A stretch of 64,000 nt of DNA. Origin: an uncultured Oscillospiraceae bacterium. Its GTDB lineage: Bacteria; Bacillota; Clostridia; Christensenellales; CAG-138. The notes beneath the pieces were generated by a model that searched no databases, was not told where the DNA came from, and worked only from the letters and a program-made list of their open reading frames with translations. The translations under genes and the position numbers were made by a program. The stretch's first letter is position 1. Each line of letters starts with the position of its first letter. The stretch spans positions 4,660 to 68,659 of the forward strand of contig CAZCAV010000004.1 of assembly GCA_964496795.1 (NCBI GenBank), given 5' to 3'. This document shows, piece after piece, positions 26,351 to 35,598 of this stretch.

Positions 26351-26882
26351 TTACCGTGATAGATATATCCAGTATCGTCGCAGTATGTGATCCCCCTCGC
26401 AGCCGTCGTTTACGCGTATCCGGTCCATCAGCCGGCCGCCGAGCTTTTCGCAGATATGAGCCGAAACCGTATTGGCGTCATGGATATTCAGCAGGACGCG
26501 ATCCATGCCGTGCTTTTTTTGCCGTCTCCAGTCCCTGTCTCAGTATCTCCGTGCCATAGCCCATTCCCTGCAGCGAAACGCGCACCGCATAGCCAACGCT
26601 CCCGATGCCCGTCACAATCTCTTCCGTGAGCGCTGTTCGCAGCTGGAATTCCTCGATAAACTGCGGCCCGTCCACCGCCCAATAGTGGAAGCCGGTCGGC
26701 TGCCCGGGCGTCAGGCCGCTTTCCTTGCCGTCGTACCAGGCCTTGGTCCTATAAAACCAGTCCCGATCTATTCCGGCCGGATCGCTTGGAACGAAGTAAA
26801 GCGCATGATGGTCGTATGCTTCCTGGCAATACGTCCTGTATCCGTCAACATATTCCGGACTTCTTTTCACAAGCTCAAGCAC
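26351..26882 (-). pseudogene. GNAT-family N-acetyltransferase interrupted by a +1 frameshift in an A7 run
   Basis: The N-terminal frame (GTG 26882 ... ETAKKARHGSRPAEYP*) stops at 26478. The next frame continues as KHGMDRVLLNIHDANTVSAHICEKLGGRLMDRIRVNDGCEGDHILRRYWIYLSR*, a normal GNAT C-terminus. The switch sits at the T7 run 26514-26520 (A7 on the coding strand). Confidence 0.75.
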
Positions 26883-27042
26883 AGACCGTCACCTCGCCCG
26901 TTTTCTTTTTATCCTGCGCAAATTCAAGCGTTCCGTCTCGATCAGTATTCTTTTCCCGATCAAGTATCATCGAAGCAGTTTTTATTTTACCACACTTGCC
27001 AGAAACGAGGAATAGGCGCCCGCATGACACAGCCGGCGTACA

Positions 27043-28449
27043 TCAGCCAAATTGTGCGTAGAGCTTTTCAAACAGATCGTCGCCAAAGCCGTCAAGTCCC
27101 GCATATACGGCGTTCAGGCGGCGATAGACGGCTGCGTTTGCGGGGTCAGGCAAAAAGGACGTCCCCGGGCGCGCCATGTTTTTGACAGCCGCGTCGAAAT
27201 CGGGCCACAGTCCAAGGCCGACCGCCGCGCAAACGGCGGCGCCAAGGCCGGCGCTCGCGTTTTCACCCGGCCGCGTCACGGGCCTGTTCAATACGTCGGC
27301 AAATATCTGCATAAACACGTCGCTTTTGGAACCGCCGCCGGAAATGCAGAAGCTTTCCACGCCCGCGTCGGCCGCGTCGATATGGTTTTTCATCGTCAGC
27401 GCGATGCCCTCCAGAATGGCGCGGTAAATGTGCGCGCGCCCGTGACGGCCGTCAAAGCCAAGCATCATGCCCTTTCGGCAGGGCTTATCCACCCCCGCCA
27501 GCCAGTGTGGAATGACGATCAGGCCGTCGCTGCCCGCAGGGACTCCCTCCGCCTCACGGTTGAGGTATTCCTCCGGACTGAGTCCCGAAGCGGCCGCGTT
27601 TTGGCGGAAGCCCGTCCCCAGTACGTCCGTCCACCACGAGAGCATCCACATGCCGCGCCGGATACCGTTCGTTTCATATAGATAGCGGCCGGGCACACAG
27701 GCCAGATTTGTCCAAAATGTATCGCAGTCGCCCGCGTTCATATCCGCGCAGGTCATCGCCGCGATATAGGTACCCAGCGAGATCAGCGCCATGCCGCTTT
27801 GAATGCAGCCTACGCCCAGCGCCTCGACGGCCTTGTCGTTGGCGGTGGCAAATACGGGAAGTCCCTCCGGCAGGCCGGTCGCTTTCGCCGCCTCCGCCGT
27901 CACCGCGCCCAGCTTATCGCCGGGCATGACCAGTTCAAACAGCATGGAGCGATCCGTACCGAAATCACGTATACCCTCCCCGTTCCAGCTCCATGTATCC
28001 CGATCGAGCGGCCAGGCGCCCAGATAGTTCGCCGCCGTATCGCGGTTTTCTCCCGTAAGGCGTTTGGTGATATAGCCGGAAGACGTCGTCACATACGCCG
28101 TGGAGGGATTGTCGTGCACATAGGGTCTTGACACGCGCGCATCCATCCAGCTCATAGCCGGCTGCGAAAGCGTCCCGTCCTTTTTTAGCAGGCAGCGGCA
28201 GAAGCGGATCGTACACAGTCCAAGACCCGCAATATCCGCGGGATCTCCGCTGAAATCGCGCATCAGGGCCTTGAGACCCGCGCACAGCGAATCCCAGAGG
28301 TCATCGTCCGGATGCTCCGCTGTACCGTCCGGCCCCAGGAGCATGGGTCTCAAGCGCACGCTGCTTGAGCACAGGATACTCCCCCGCTCGTCATATACGG
28401 CCGTCTTAACGCTCTGCGTTCCTTCGTCTACTCCGATAATCAGGCTCAC
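27043..28449 (-). CDS. FGGY-family carbohydrate kinase
   Basis: I moved the start to GTG 28449 (GTGA overlap with the SDR stop), which gives VSLIIGVDEGTQSVK. The C-terminal part has ISGGGSKSDVFMQIFADV. Confidence 0.85.
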   Translation of the reverse strand: MSLIIGVDEGTQSVKTAVYDERGSILCSSSVRLRPMLLGPDGTAEHPDDDLWDSLCAGLKALMRDFSGDPADIAGLGLCTIRFCRCLLKKDGTLSQPAMSWMDARVSRPYVHDNPSTAYVTTSSGYITKRLTGENRDTAANYLGAWPLDRDTWSWNGEGIRDFGTDRSMLFELVMPGDKLGAVTAEAAKATGLPEGLPVFATANDKAVEALGVGCIQSGMALISLGTYIAAMTCADMNAGDCDTFWTNLACVPGRYLYETNGIRRGMWMLSWWTDVLGTGFRQNAAASGLSPEEYLNREAEGVPAGSDGLIVIPHWLAGVDKPCRKGMMLGFDGRHGRAHIYRAILEGIALTMKNHIDAADAGVESFCISGGGSKSDVFMQIFADVLNRPVTRPGENASAGLGAAVCAAVGLGLWPDFDAAVKNMARPGTSFLPDPANAAVYRRLNAVYAGLDGFGDDLFEKLYAQFG

Positions 28450-29225
28450 CGCACCAAATACCCTCCATCCACCACCAGCAGCGTACCGTTGATATAATCG
28501 GAAGCGTGGGAAGCCAGGAACACCATCGCTCCCATAAGATCCAGGCGTTCGCCCCACCGGTCGGCCGGGATGTGCTCGCGAATGCGGCGGTCCTTGTCGG
28601 TGTCGCTGCTCGTCTGCTTTGTCAGCGCCGTCTTGAAATAGCCCGGCGCAAGCCCGTTGACCTGAATATTGTAGGCGCCAAGCTCGTCGGCATAGGCTTT
28701 TGTCAGGCCCATGAGTCCGGCCTTCATCGCCGCATAGGCCGGCGAGCCAAGACCGCCAAGAAACGAAAACAGCGAGCAGATATTGATGATCTTGCCGCTG
28801 CGCCGCGGCATCATATGCAGCGCGGCCTCATGCGAAAGCTCAAAGGCGCAATTCAGGTTGAGGTCGATCATGGGGTCCCACTCCCTGCGGGTAAAGCTTT
28901 CGACGTCCTTAATGATGCAGATGCCGGCGCAATTGACCAGTATATCCAGACTGCCGCAGTCGCCCGCGCAGCGATCCACGATCTGCCGGCATACGCCCTC
29001 TTTGGTGATGTCCGCCTGCATAAACGTATAGCGCACGCCCTCCGCCTCGACGAGCCGCCGCGTCGTACCGTCGTCGTCAACGATGCTTGGGCAGAAAATA
29101 TTGGCGCCCCCCTTGGCCAGCGCAAGCGCAAACGCCTGCCCCAGGCCAGAATTTCCGCCGGTAACGACCGCGTTTTTACCCTTTAGGGAAAAGAAGTCCA
29201 TATTGAAATCGGTAATGTTCGTCAT
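28446..29225 (-). CDS. Short-chain dehydrogenase/reductase (KduD / gluconate-5-dehydrogenase-like)
   Basis: The product has the cofactor motif VVTGGNSGLGQA and the catalytic YAAMK. Confidence 0.9.
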   Translation of the reverse strand: MTNITDFNMDFFSLKGKNAVVTGGNSGLGQAFALALAKGGANIFCPSIVDDDGTTRRLVEAEGVRYTFMQADITKEGVCRQIVDRCAGDCGSLDILVNCAGICIIKDVESFTRREWDPMIDLNLNCAFELSHEAALHMMPRRSGKIINICSLFSFLGGLGSPAYAAMKAGLMGLTKAYADELGAYNIQVNGLAPGYFKTALTKQTSSDTDKDRRIREHIPADRWGERLDLMGAMVFLASHASDYINGTLLVVDGGYLVR

Positions 29226-29240
29226 GATGCACGCCTCGCT

Positions 29241-30506
29241 TTATATGATTTTTTCCAATTCCTTCAGTATTTTTTCACAGTCGGATACGATCCCGTAATC
29301 TGCGCTGGCGAATATGGGAGCGTTTCGATCCGTATTCACAGCGATGACACGCGTGCAGCCGCCAAGCGCCGCCGCAAAGGCCGGAGCGCCGGACGCGCCG
29401 AATACGACGGCGGCGGCAGCCTCGGGCATAACGCCCGACACGCCCACCTGCGAGCTGACGCGGTACCATCCCTGCATCACGGCGGCGCGCGTAGCGCCAA
29501 GACCCGCGTCGAGCCGCGCGGCGATATTCGCGAGACTGGCGCGCGCGGCCGCGCCGCTCACGCCACGGCCGGCAATCAACAGTCTTTTTGCGCGGGCGAG
29601 CGTATGCGCCTGTATATCCGGCTTGGCATAATGCCCTGAGAGCCAGTCGCCCCGCTCAGAAAACGGTGCCAGCGAGGCGATCGGCTCGCGAAACACGGCT
29701 TTCATCGCGCCGCCATAGCATGGCCGTACGCAGGCGTTTTCAGCGGTCGCTCCCGTCTCGCCGCCGGCTTCATAAACAAGGCGCAAAAGCGTTTTTGCCT
29801 GCTGGCAGGCGTCGCCCTCCACCCATCGGCAGGGATCGCGCGGCGGCGGGGAGAGCAGCTTTTCCGGCTTGACGTCCTCCGCCCCGGGCAGGTCGCAGTC
29901 TATGACCGCGGCTTTTTTTCCGGCGGCGGCAAGCCTTGCGCGCAATGTCGGGATGCGCAGCCATCCGCCGTCTCCAACAAGCAGCACCGCTCTGCCGGAT
30001 ATAACGCCGCCAAGGATCGCGCCGTCTCCCGCCGCCTCAAAGCGTATACCCTCGGGCGCCGGCTCCAATCGATATGTCTTGTCCACATAGGGCGCGCCGA
30101 GCAAGTCGGCCAGATATCTTCCCGTCAACCGGCTGCCCGACAGTCCGCTTTGACATCCGATCAGCACCAGATCGGCGTCCTTCACGGCGGCGGAGAGAAG
30201 CTGAGCCTTTGCGCGGGGTGAAAATGGCGGCACGGCGCAGCTTAGCCGCGTTACCGTATCAAAGCCCAACGCAAACAGGCCGTCGTATATCCTGCCGTCG
30301 TCCACGCCCGAAACGGTGACCCCGTGCAGCCGCACCGAGCCCGCAGCGTCCTTTAACCGCAGCGCCAGCTCCAGAGCGCTTTCATCATAGGCGTCTATTA
30401 TACGGGAAAACAGGCCGGCCGGCTCCTCCTCTGGCTTTTGCGGCCAGCGAACCGTCCATGCGCCGGAAAGATCGGGCACGATTTGAAAGCAAACGTATAC
30501 ATCCAT
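29241..30506 (-). CDS. Single-chain ETF-like flavoprotein (ETF-beta-like N-half fused to the ETF-alpha FAD-binding C-domain)
   Basis: The N-half has ETF-beta-like motifs (VCFQIVPDL, DAYDESALELALRLKD, ADLVLIGCQS, LRIPTLRARLAAAGKK). The C-terminus has the ETF-alpha FAD domain (LGATRAAVMQGW ... VIAVNTDRNAPIFASADYGIV). Confidence 0.7.
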   Translation of the reverse strand: MDVYVCFQIVPDLSGAWTVRWPQKPEEEPAGLFSRIIDAYDESALELALRLKDAAGSVRLHGVTVSGVDDGRIYDGLFALGFDTVTRLSCAVPPFSPRAKAQLLSAAVKDADLVLIGCQSGLSGSRLTGRYLADLLGAPYVDKTYRLEPAPEGIRFEAAGDGAILGGVISGRAVLLVGDGGWLRIPTLRARLAAAGKKAAVIDCDLPGAEDVKPEKLLSPPPRDPCRWVEGDACQQAKTLLRLVYEAGGETGATAENACVRPCYGGAMKAVFREPIASLAPFSERGDWLSGHYAKPDIQAHTLARAKRLLIAGRGVSGAAARASLANIAARLDAGLGATRAAVMQGWYRVSSQVGVSGVMPEAAAAVVFGASGAPAFAAALGGCTRVIAVNTDRNAPIFASADYGIVSDCEKILKELEKII

Positions 30507-30515
30507 GACCGTATA

Positions 30516-31949
30516 TTACAGCAGCTTCTTCAGCTCCGCAATCTTTGCCTCTTCCTCTTCGCCGACTGTCTCGCCCGCACGCTTTTTGTCAAGATACGTC
30601 ATCAGTACCTCGTGACGCGCCCTGGTCAGCTGAAAGCGGCGCGCGACGACGATCGTCGGCACAAGCAGCACCAGCGCCGACAGGGCAATGATGCAGCGTA
30701 TGCCCATCAGCGCCGAAGCGGGCTGCGATACCCCCTCGGCGATCTGCTCGATATAGCCCGCCCAGCCCAATATCCAGCCGATCAGGAGACTGGCAAGCGC
30801 CGAGCAGAGCTTATACAAAAGCTGATTCACGCCGGAGAGCGTGCCCTCGGCGCGTTCTCCCGTAAACAGCTCGTTCGCATCCGTGGCTTCTCCGAACACG
30901 GATATACTCCCGATCAGCGCGAAGCTGATCGAAAAGCCCATGCAGGCGCCCAGGGCATACAGCAGCCAGGTCGGCGAGGCGGGCTGAATAACAAAGGTCA
31001 GCAGGCAGAATACGATCCACAGCACGCTGCCAAGCGCCACGCTGTCCGTCTTGCCCCGTCGGTTGCACACGCGCGTGGCCAGCGGTATGCCGGCGATCTC
31101 CGCAAGCAGCAGTACCCCCAGCACGATCGTCCCGTCCGCACGGCCCAGATAATCCTGCGTAAAATAGATAAACACCGTGGATACCACCGCCATTGTGATA
31201 TACACGCCAAGGTACATCCAGTTATACTGGCGAAAAGTCTTGACCCGCAGCGTAGCCCACATTTTCTTAAGAAGATCCCGGCCGTGCGCGTCGTAGGTGG
31301 AAACAAAATTTTCTGTTTCGCGCACATTGCGAAACGTTATGATATACGGCAGCGCAAAGAGCAGGCTGAACAAAACGCCCATGACAAAGTAGCCCATCCG
31401 GATATCCTTGAAGGCGGAATAAATGTAGTATGGCACCACTGCGCAGATCATTGAGGAAAACAGGCTGACAACCATTTCTACCGCAGTCAGTGAGTTGCGC
31501 TCGTTATAATCTGTCGTCAGCTCCGCGCGCATGGCCATAAACGGCACCTGCACCATCGTGGTCACCGTGTAGCAGAACATAAACGCCAGCGTGAAGTAGA
31601 CCGTTTTCCAGAGCTCGCTGTCTGCCTTCAGCGGAAACCATATCGCTGAAAATGAAAGTATGATCAGCGGAATGCCCAGCAAAAAGTACGGCCGCCGCCG
31701 GCCCCAGCGGCTGCGCGTTCTATCCGAGAGCATGCCCATCAGTGGGTCGGATACGGCGTCCCATACCTTCCCGATCGCCATGATGAGTCCCGCCTTAAAG
31801 GGGTTTATTCCCACGACAGAGGTCAAAAAATACAGATAAAAGAAAGCGATAACATTGTAGCAGCCGCCCGCATAGAAATCGCCCATCGCAAAGGACAGCT
31901 TAGTAGAAAGCTTTAACCCGGGAGAAGCTGTTTCCGTGTTTTTTTCCAT
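30516..31949 (-). CDS. Glycoside-pentoside-hexuronide (GPH) family cation symporter
   Basis: The 477-aa, ~12-TM product has the motif DAVSDPLMGMLSDRTRSRWGRRRPY. Confidence 0.85.
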   Translation of the reverse strand: MEKNTETASPGLKLSTKLSFAMGDFYAGGCYNVIAFFYLYFLTSVVGINPFKAGLIMAIGKVWDAVSDPLMGMLSDRTRSRWGRRRPYFLLGIPLIILSFSAIWFPLKADSELWKTVYFTLAFMFCYTVTTMVQVPFMAMRAELTTDYNERNSLTAVEMVVSLFSSMICAVVPYYIYSAFKDIRMGYFVMGVLFSLLFALPYIITFRNVRETENFVSTYDAHGRDLLKKMWATLRVKTFRQYNWMYLGVYITMAVVSTVFIYFTQDYLGRADGTIVLGVLLLAEIAGIPLATRVCNRRGKTDSVALGSVLWIVFCLLTFVIQPASPTWLLYALGACMGFSISFALIGSISVFGEATDANELFTGERAEGTLSGVNQLLYKLCSALASLLIGWILGWAGYIEQIAEGVSQPASALMGIRCIIALSALVLLVPTIVVARRFQLTRARHEVLMTYLDKKRAGETVGEEEEAKIAELKKLL

Positions 31950-31964
31950 GCTGTTCCCTCCCTT

Positions 31965-32010
31965 AATAAATGGAAAGCGCGGGAATCGGCCAAGGCCGAT
32001 TCCCGTGCGC
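31965..32010 (-). terminator. Strong hairpin plus T-rich tract after the opu-type operon
   Basis: On the minus strand, gcgcacgggaatcggcc-tt-ggccgattcccgcgc forms a stem of about 15 bp with one G-U pair. It is followed by tttccatttatt. Confidence 0.7.
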
Positions 32011-32030
32011 AGCAGTACAGCGTCATGTCA

Positions 32031-33023
32031 TCAGGGAACGAGGCCGACCTCCTTGAGCCAGGCGGCAGCCACATCCTCGGGCTCCTCTTCCTCAACGTCC
32101 ACCTTGTAGTTGAGCGCCATCATGACCTCGTCGTTAATCAGCGGTGCAATGTCGTTCATCAGCTTCACGACCTCGGGATACTGTGCGGCAAAGTCCGCGC
32201 GGAAGCAGGAAACGGCATTATATGCAGGGAAATAGCTGAGGTCGTCCACCAGCAGCACCAGATCGAAGGCTTTGATGCGGGAGTCGGTGGCGAACACCAT
32301 GCCGACGTCGCCCTGCCCGTCCTTCAGCGCCTGGAACACAAGTCCCATATCCATCACGTTCAGATCCTCGCCAAAATCAATGCCATAGGCGTCGGAAAGG
32401 CCAAGCAGACCGTCCTCGCGGATCGTGAACTCATGGTCGCCGCAGAATATCAGCTCGCCCGGATGCTCGGTCATATAGGCGCCCAGCTCCGAATAGCTGG
32501 TAATGCCCAGCGTGGCAACCTCCTGCGTGACGACGAGGCCATAGGTATCGTTCATGGTCATCATGTCGCCCACGGTATACTTGCCCTCGGCCGCAAGCGC
32601 CTCCGCAACGGAGGTATAGAGCGCATCCTTGCCTCCCTCCGGGAACGCCGAATTGCCTAAAAAGGAGCCCCAGATGGTGCCGGTGTAATCCCAGTACACG
32701 TCAAAATCGCCCGAACCAAGCGCGTTCCAGCAAACGTCAGAGCCGGATACGTTGGTTTTATCCTCGCAGACATAGCCCTTGGATTCAAGATACTGGATCG
32801 TGATCTGTCCAAGAAGCAGCTGTTCCGTGAAGTCCTTGGAGCCGACCTTGATGACGTCCGGCTTGGCGACCTCTTCCTCGGCGGCGGGTTCTTCCGTAGC
32901 AGGCTCGGTCGCGGGCGCTTCCGCAGCAGGCTCGGCGGCGGGCGCTTCGACAGTCTTGGCGCATCCTGCGATGCAGGCCATGAGCAGCAGTACGCTCAGC
33001 AGAATAGTGAAAGTCTTTTTCAT
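32031..33023 (-). CDS. Quaternary-amine (glycine betaine/choline/carnitine type) ABC transporter substrate-binding lipoprotein
   Basis: The product has the lipoprotein signal LLLMACIAGC. It has OpuBC/OpuCC-like sequence KVGSKDFTEQLLLGQITIQYLESKGY. Confidence 0.8.
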   Translation of the reverse strand: MKKTFTILLSVLLLMACIAGCAKTVEAPAAEPAAEAPATEPATEEPAAEEEVAKPDVIKVGSKDFTEQLLLGQITIQYLESKGYVCEDKTNVSGSDVCWNALGSGDFDVYWDYTGTIWGSFLGNSAFPEGGKDALYTSVAEALAAEGKYTVGDMMTMNDTYGLVVTQEVATLGITSYSELGAYMTEHPGELIFCGDHEFTIREDGLLGLSDAYGIDFGEDLNVMDMGLVFQALKDGQGDVGMVFATDSRIKAFDLVLLVDDLSYFPAYNAVSCFRADFAAQYPEVVKLMNDIAPLINDEVMMALNYKVDVEEEEPEDVAAAWLKEVGLVP

Positions 33024-33086
33024 GGGTTCCCTCCTAATTTTAATTTGGCTGTATATTATGGGCGACGACGCCCATGGGCCACAGAT

Positions 33087-33815
33087 TCATTGGATGAGCT
33101 TTTTTTCCGCCATGCCCAGCAGGCTGTCAAGCACGAGGGCTAAAATCGTAGCGTATCCCGCGCCGAGCAGCATGATCTGATAGCGCATATAGTTCTTGCC
33201 CGCGATAATAAAATCGCCAAGTCCGCCCGCGCCGACAAAAGCCGCGATGATGGCGGTAGCCACATTGATGACGACCGCTGTGCGTATGCCGGCAAAAATG
33301 ACCGGCATGGCCAACGGGACCTCCACCCGAAACAGCAGCTGCAGCTTCGTCATGCCCATGCCGCGGCCGGCGTCGATGATGAAGGGGTCTACGCCGCGTA
33401 TGCCCGCGATCGTGTTGTTCAAGATCGGCAGCAGCGAATAGATCCACAGTGCAAATATCGCGGTTTTTGCGCCGATACCAAGCACCGAGAACATGATGGC
33501 TACGACCGCGAAGCTCGGAATGGTCTGTAATATGCTCACAAGCCCCACGACAGGCCCGCAAAGCGGTTTGAACAGCGGGCGCGTGAGCAGCAGTCCAAGC
33601 GGCACCGCCGTCACCACGGCCAGCGACGCGGAGATCACGATGATGTAGATGTGCTGCCACAGAGCATGCAGGAGCTTCTTCGTGCTGATGTATCTTGCGA
33701 CCGTTTGATCCATCGGATGGTTGATGACCCACCAGCCCCAGATAATGGCGATCACAACGAGCACAATCGGCAGACACCATTCATACCATGCGATTTTCTT
33801 GTTATTCTGCAACAT
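33087..33815 (-). CDS. Quaternary-amine ABC transporter permease
   Basis: The start is ATG 33815 (MLQNNKKIAWYEW), which overlaps the ATPase 3' end by 14 nt. The product is polytopic. Confidence 0.8.
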   Translation of the reverse strand: MLQNNKKIAWYEWCLPIVLVVIAIIWGWWVINHPMDQTVARYISTKKLLHALWQHIYIIVISASLAVVTAVPLGLLLTRPLFKPLCGPVVGLVSILQTIPSFAVVAIMFSVLGIGAKTAIFALWIYSLLPILNNTIAGIRGVDPFIIDAGRGMGMTKLQLLFRVEVPLAMPVIFAGIRTAVVINVATAIIAAFVGAGGLGDFIIAGKNYMRYQIMLLGAGYATILALVLDSLLGMAEKKLIQ

Positions 33816-34908
33816 GGCTGGCCCCCGTATCAAACAGCTCTGCCATGCCGATGAGCCGTTTCGCCTTCTTCTCCGCATCCACGATGAACACGACCTTTTC
33901 GTTGCGGGCGAACATCAGGCTCATGGCGTCGTACAGCGTCTGGTCCTCCTGTATCATGGCGTCCGTGTGCGTCAGGGCGGCGTCCACGTCCGCAGCGCTG
34001 CCAGGATGCGTACAGCCGGTCTCAATATAGCCAAGGGGATGGCCGTCGGCGTCCGTCACGCCGACAAAGGTATTCGTTTCGGCGGCCTTGAGTATCCGCT
34101 CCGTTTCCGCAATGCAAAAGAAGGGTTCGGAGCCGTTAGCCTCCGCGCAGGACATCAGAGAAAAGCGCTTGATGATGCGGTTCTGGCCGACAAGGCTTTC
34201 CACAAATTCGTTGGCTGGGTGCGTCAGTATCTCGTGCGGCGATCCGACCTGCGCAAGCCGTCCATACTGCATCACGGCGATCTTGTCGCCCATCTTGACC
34301 GCCTCGTCCATGTCGTGCGTGACAAAGACGATGGTCTTGTGCAGCTTTGCCTGGATATTGTTCAGAAACTCGCTCTGGAGGCGGCTTCTTGTGATCGGGT
34401 CCAGCGCGCCGAAGGGCTCGTCCATCAGCATGATCGGCGGATCGCCCGCCAGCGCGCGCGCAACGCCTACGCGCTGCTTCTGACCGCCGGAAAGCGACGA
34501 CGGCTTCTTTTTTGCATAGGCAGGGTCCAGATCCACCAGCCGCATCATCTCCGCGACCCGCGCGGCAATGCGCGCCTTGTCCCATTTCTTTTCGATCGGA
34601 ACCGTCGCGATGTTCTTCTCGATCGTATAATGGGGGAACAGGCCCGTCTCCTGGATCACATAACCGATATTGCGCCGAAGCTCAATGGGATCAAGAGCCA
34701 TGATATCCTGCCGGTTGACAAAAATCTTTCCGTCCGTAATGGGCACCAGCCGGTTGATCATGCGCATCGTGGTCGTCTTGCCGCAGCCAGACGCGCCGAT
34801 CAGCACGCATATCTCGCCTTCGTTGATGGTCAGATTCAAGTCGTTCACGACAGGCTTGTCGCTGCCCGGATAGGTTTTGACCAGATGCTCCATGCGAATC
34901 ATTTCCAT
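33802..34908 (-). CDS. Quaternary-amine ABC transporter ATP-binding protein with C-terminal CBS pair
   Basis: The product has Walker A GASGCGKTT, the signature LSGGQKQR, and a C-terminal ~120 aa CBS-like region, as in OpuA/OpuC ATPases. Confidence 0.9.
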   Translation of the reverse strand: MEMIRMEHLVKTYPGSDKPVVNDLNLTINEGEICVLIGASGCGKTTTMRMINRLVPITDGKIFVNRQDIMALDPIELRRNIGYVIQETGLFPHYTIEKNIATVPIEKKWDKARIAARVAEMMRLVDLDPAYAKKKPSSLSGGQKQRVGVARALAGDPPIMLMDEPFGALDPITRSRLQSEFLNNIQAKLHKTIVFVTHDMDEAVKMGDKIAVMQYGRLAQVGSPHEILTHPANEFVESLVGQNRIIKRFSLMSCAEANGSEPFFCIAETERILKAAETNTFVGVTDADGHPLGYIETGCTHPGSAADVDAALTHTDAMIQEDQTLYDAMSLMFARNEKVVFIVDAEKKAKRLIGMAELFDTGASHVAE

Positions 34909-34923
34909 AGCTATTTCGCCTCC

Positions 34924-35565
34924 TCAGGATATCCGTTTTTCAGATGCGCGCTGCACGATCTGCAGCAGCTTATCCACAATGATGGTCAGCAGCGCGATGA
35001 GTATGCCGGCCACCGCTACCATTTTCATATTGCCGCGGTTGATGCCCTGAAAGATGTACACGCCGAGCCCGCCCGCGCCGACGTACGCCGCGATGGCGCC
35101 TATGCCTATGCACAGCACGACGGCCGAGCGAATGCCCGCAAAAACGACCGGCAGCGCCAGCGGAAAGCGAACCCGCAGATTGATCTCCATTTCCGTCAGG
35201 CCCATCCCGCGCGCCGAATCGATCACTGCCGGATCGATGTTCGTCAGGCCCACATAGGTATTGCGTATGATCGGCAGCAATGAATAGATGACAAGGCCGA
35301 ATATAACGGGAGATTTATTCAGTCCCATGATCGGAACCAGGAACGAGAACAGCGCCAGGCTCGGCACCGTCATAAATATACTGGCAATGTACAGCACGAT
35401 GGTCGCGACCGCCTTATTGTAGGTGATCAGAAATCCGACGATCAGTCCGATCGCAATGGATATGGCCAGCGCGATGAGCACCAGCTCGCAATGCTCCCTG
35501 AGCATCATGAGTATCTTGTCGGATTTCTTCACAACAAAAGCGAAAAACTCCTGTATCTTTTCCAA
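34924..35565 (-). CDS. Quaternary-amine ABC transporter permease
   Basis: The product is 213 aa, polytopic, and paralogous to 33087..33815. Confidence 0.85.
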   Translation of the reverse strand: MEKIQEFFAFVVKKSDKILMMLREHCELVLIALAISIAIGLIVGFLITYNKAVATIVLYIASIFMTVPSLALFSFLVPIMGLNKSPVIFGLVIYSLLPIIRNTYVGLTNIDPAVIDSARGMGLTEMEINLRVRFPLALPVVFAGIRSAVVLCIGIGAIAAYVGAGGLGVYIFQGINRGNMKMVAVAGILIALLTIIVDKLLQIVQRASEKRIS

Positions 35566-35598
35566 CAGCTCACCCCCTGCCTGTGTTCAGGCGTCGCT

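Noticed and set aside
33058-33075. The hairpin atgggcg-acga-cgcccat between the permease and SBP genes, considered as an internal terminator.
   Set aside because: The stem is only 7 bp and no U-tract follows on the coding (minus) strand. It is more likely an mRNA stability or processing element, or it arose by chance.
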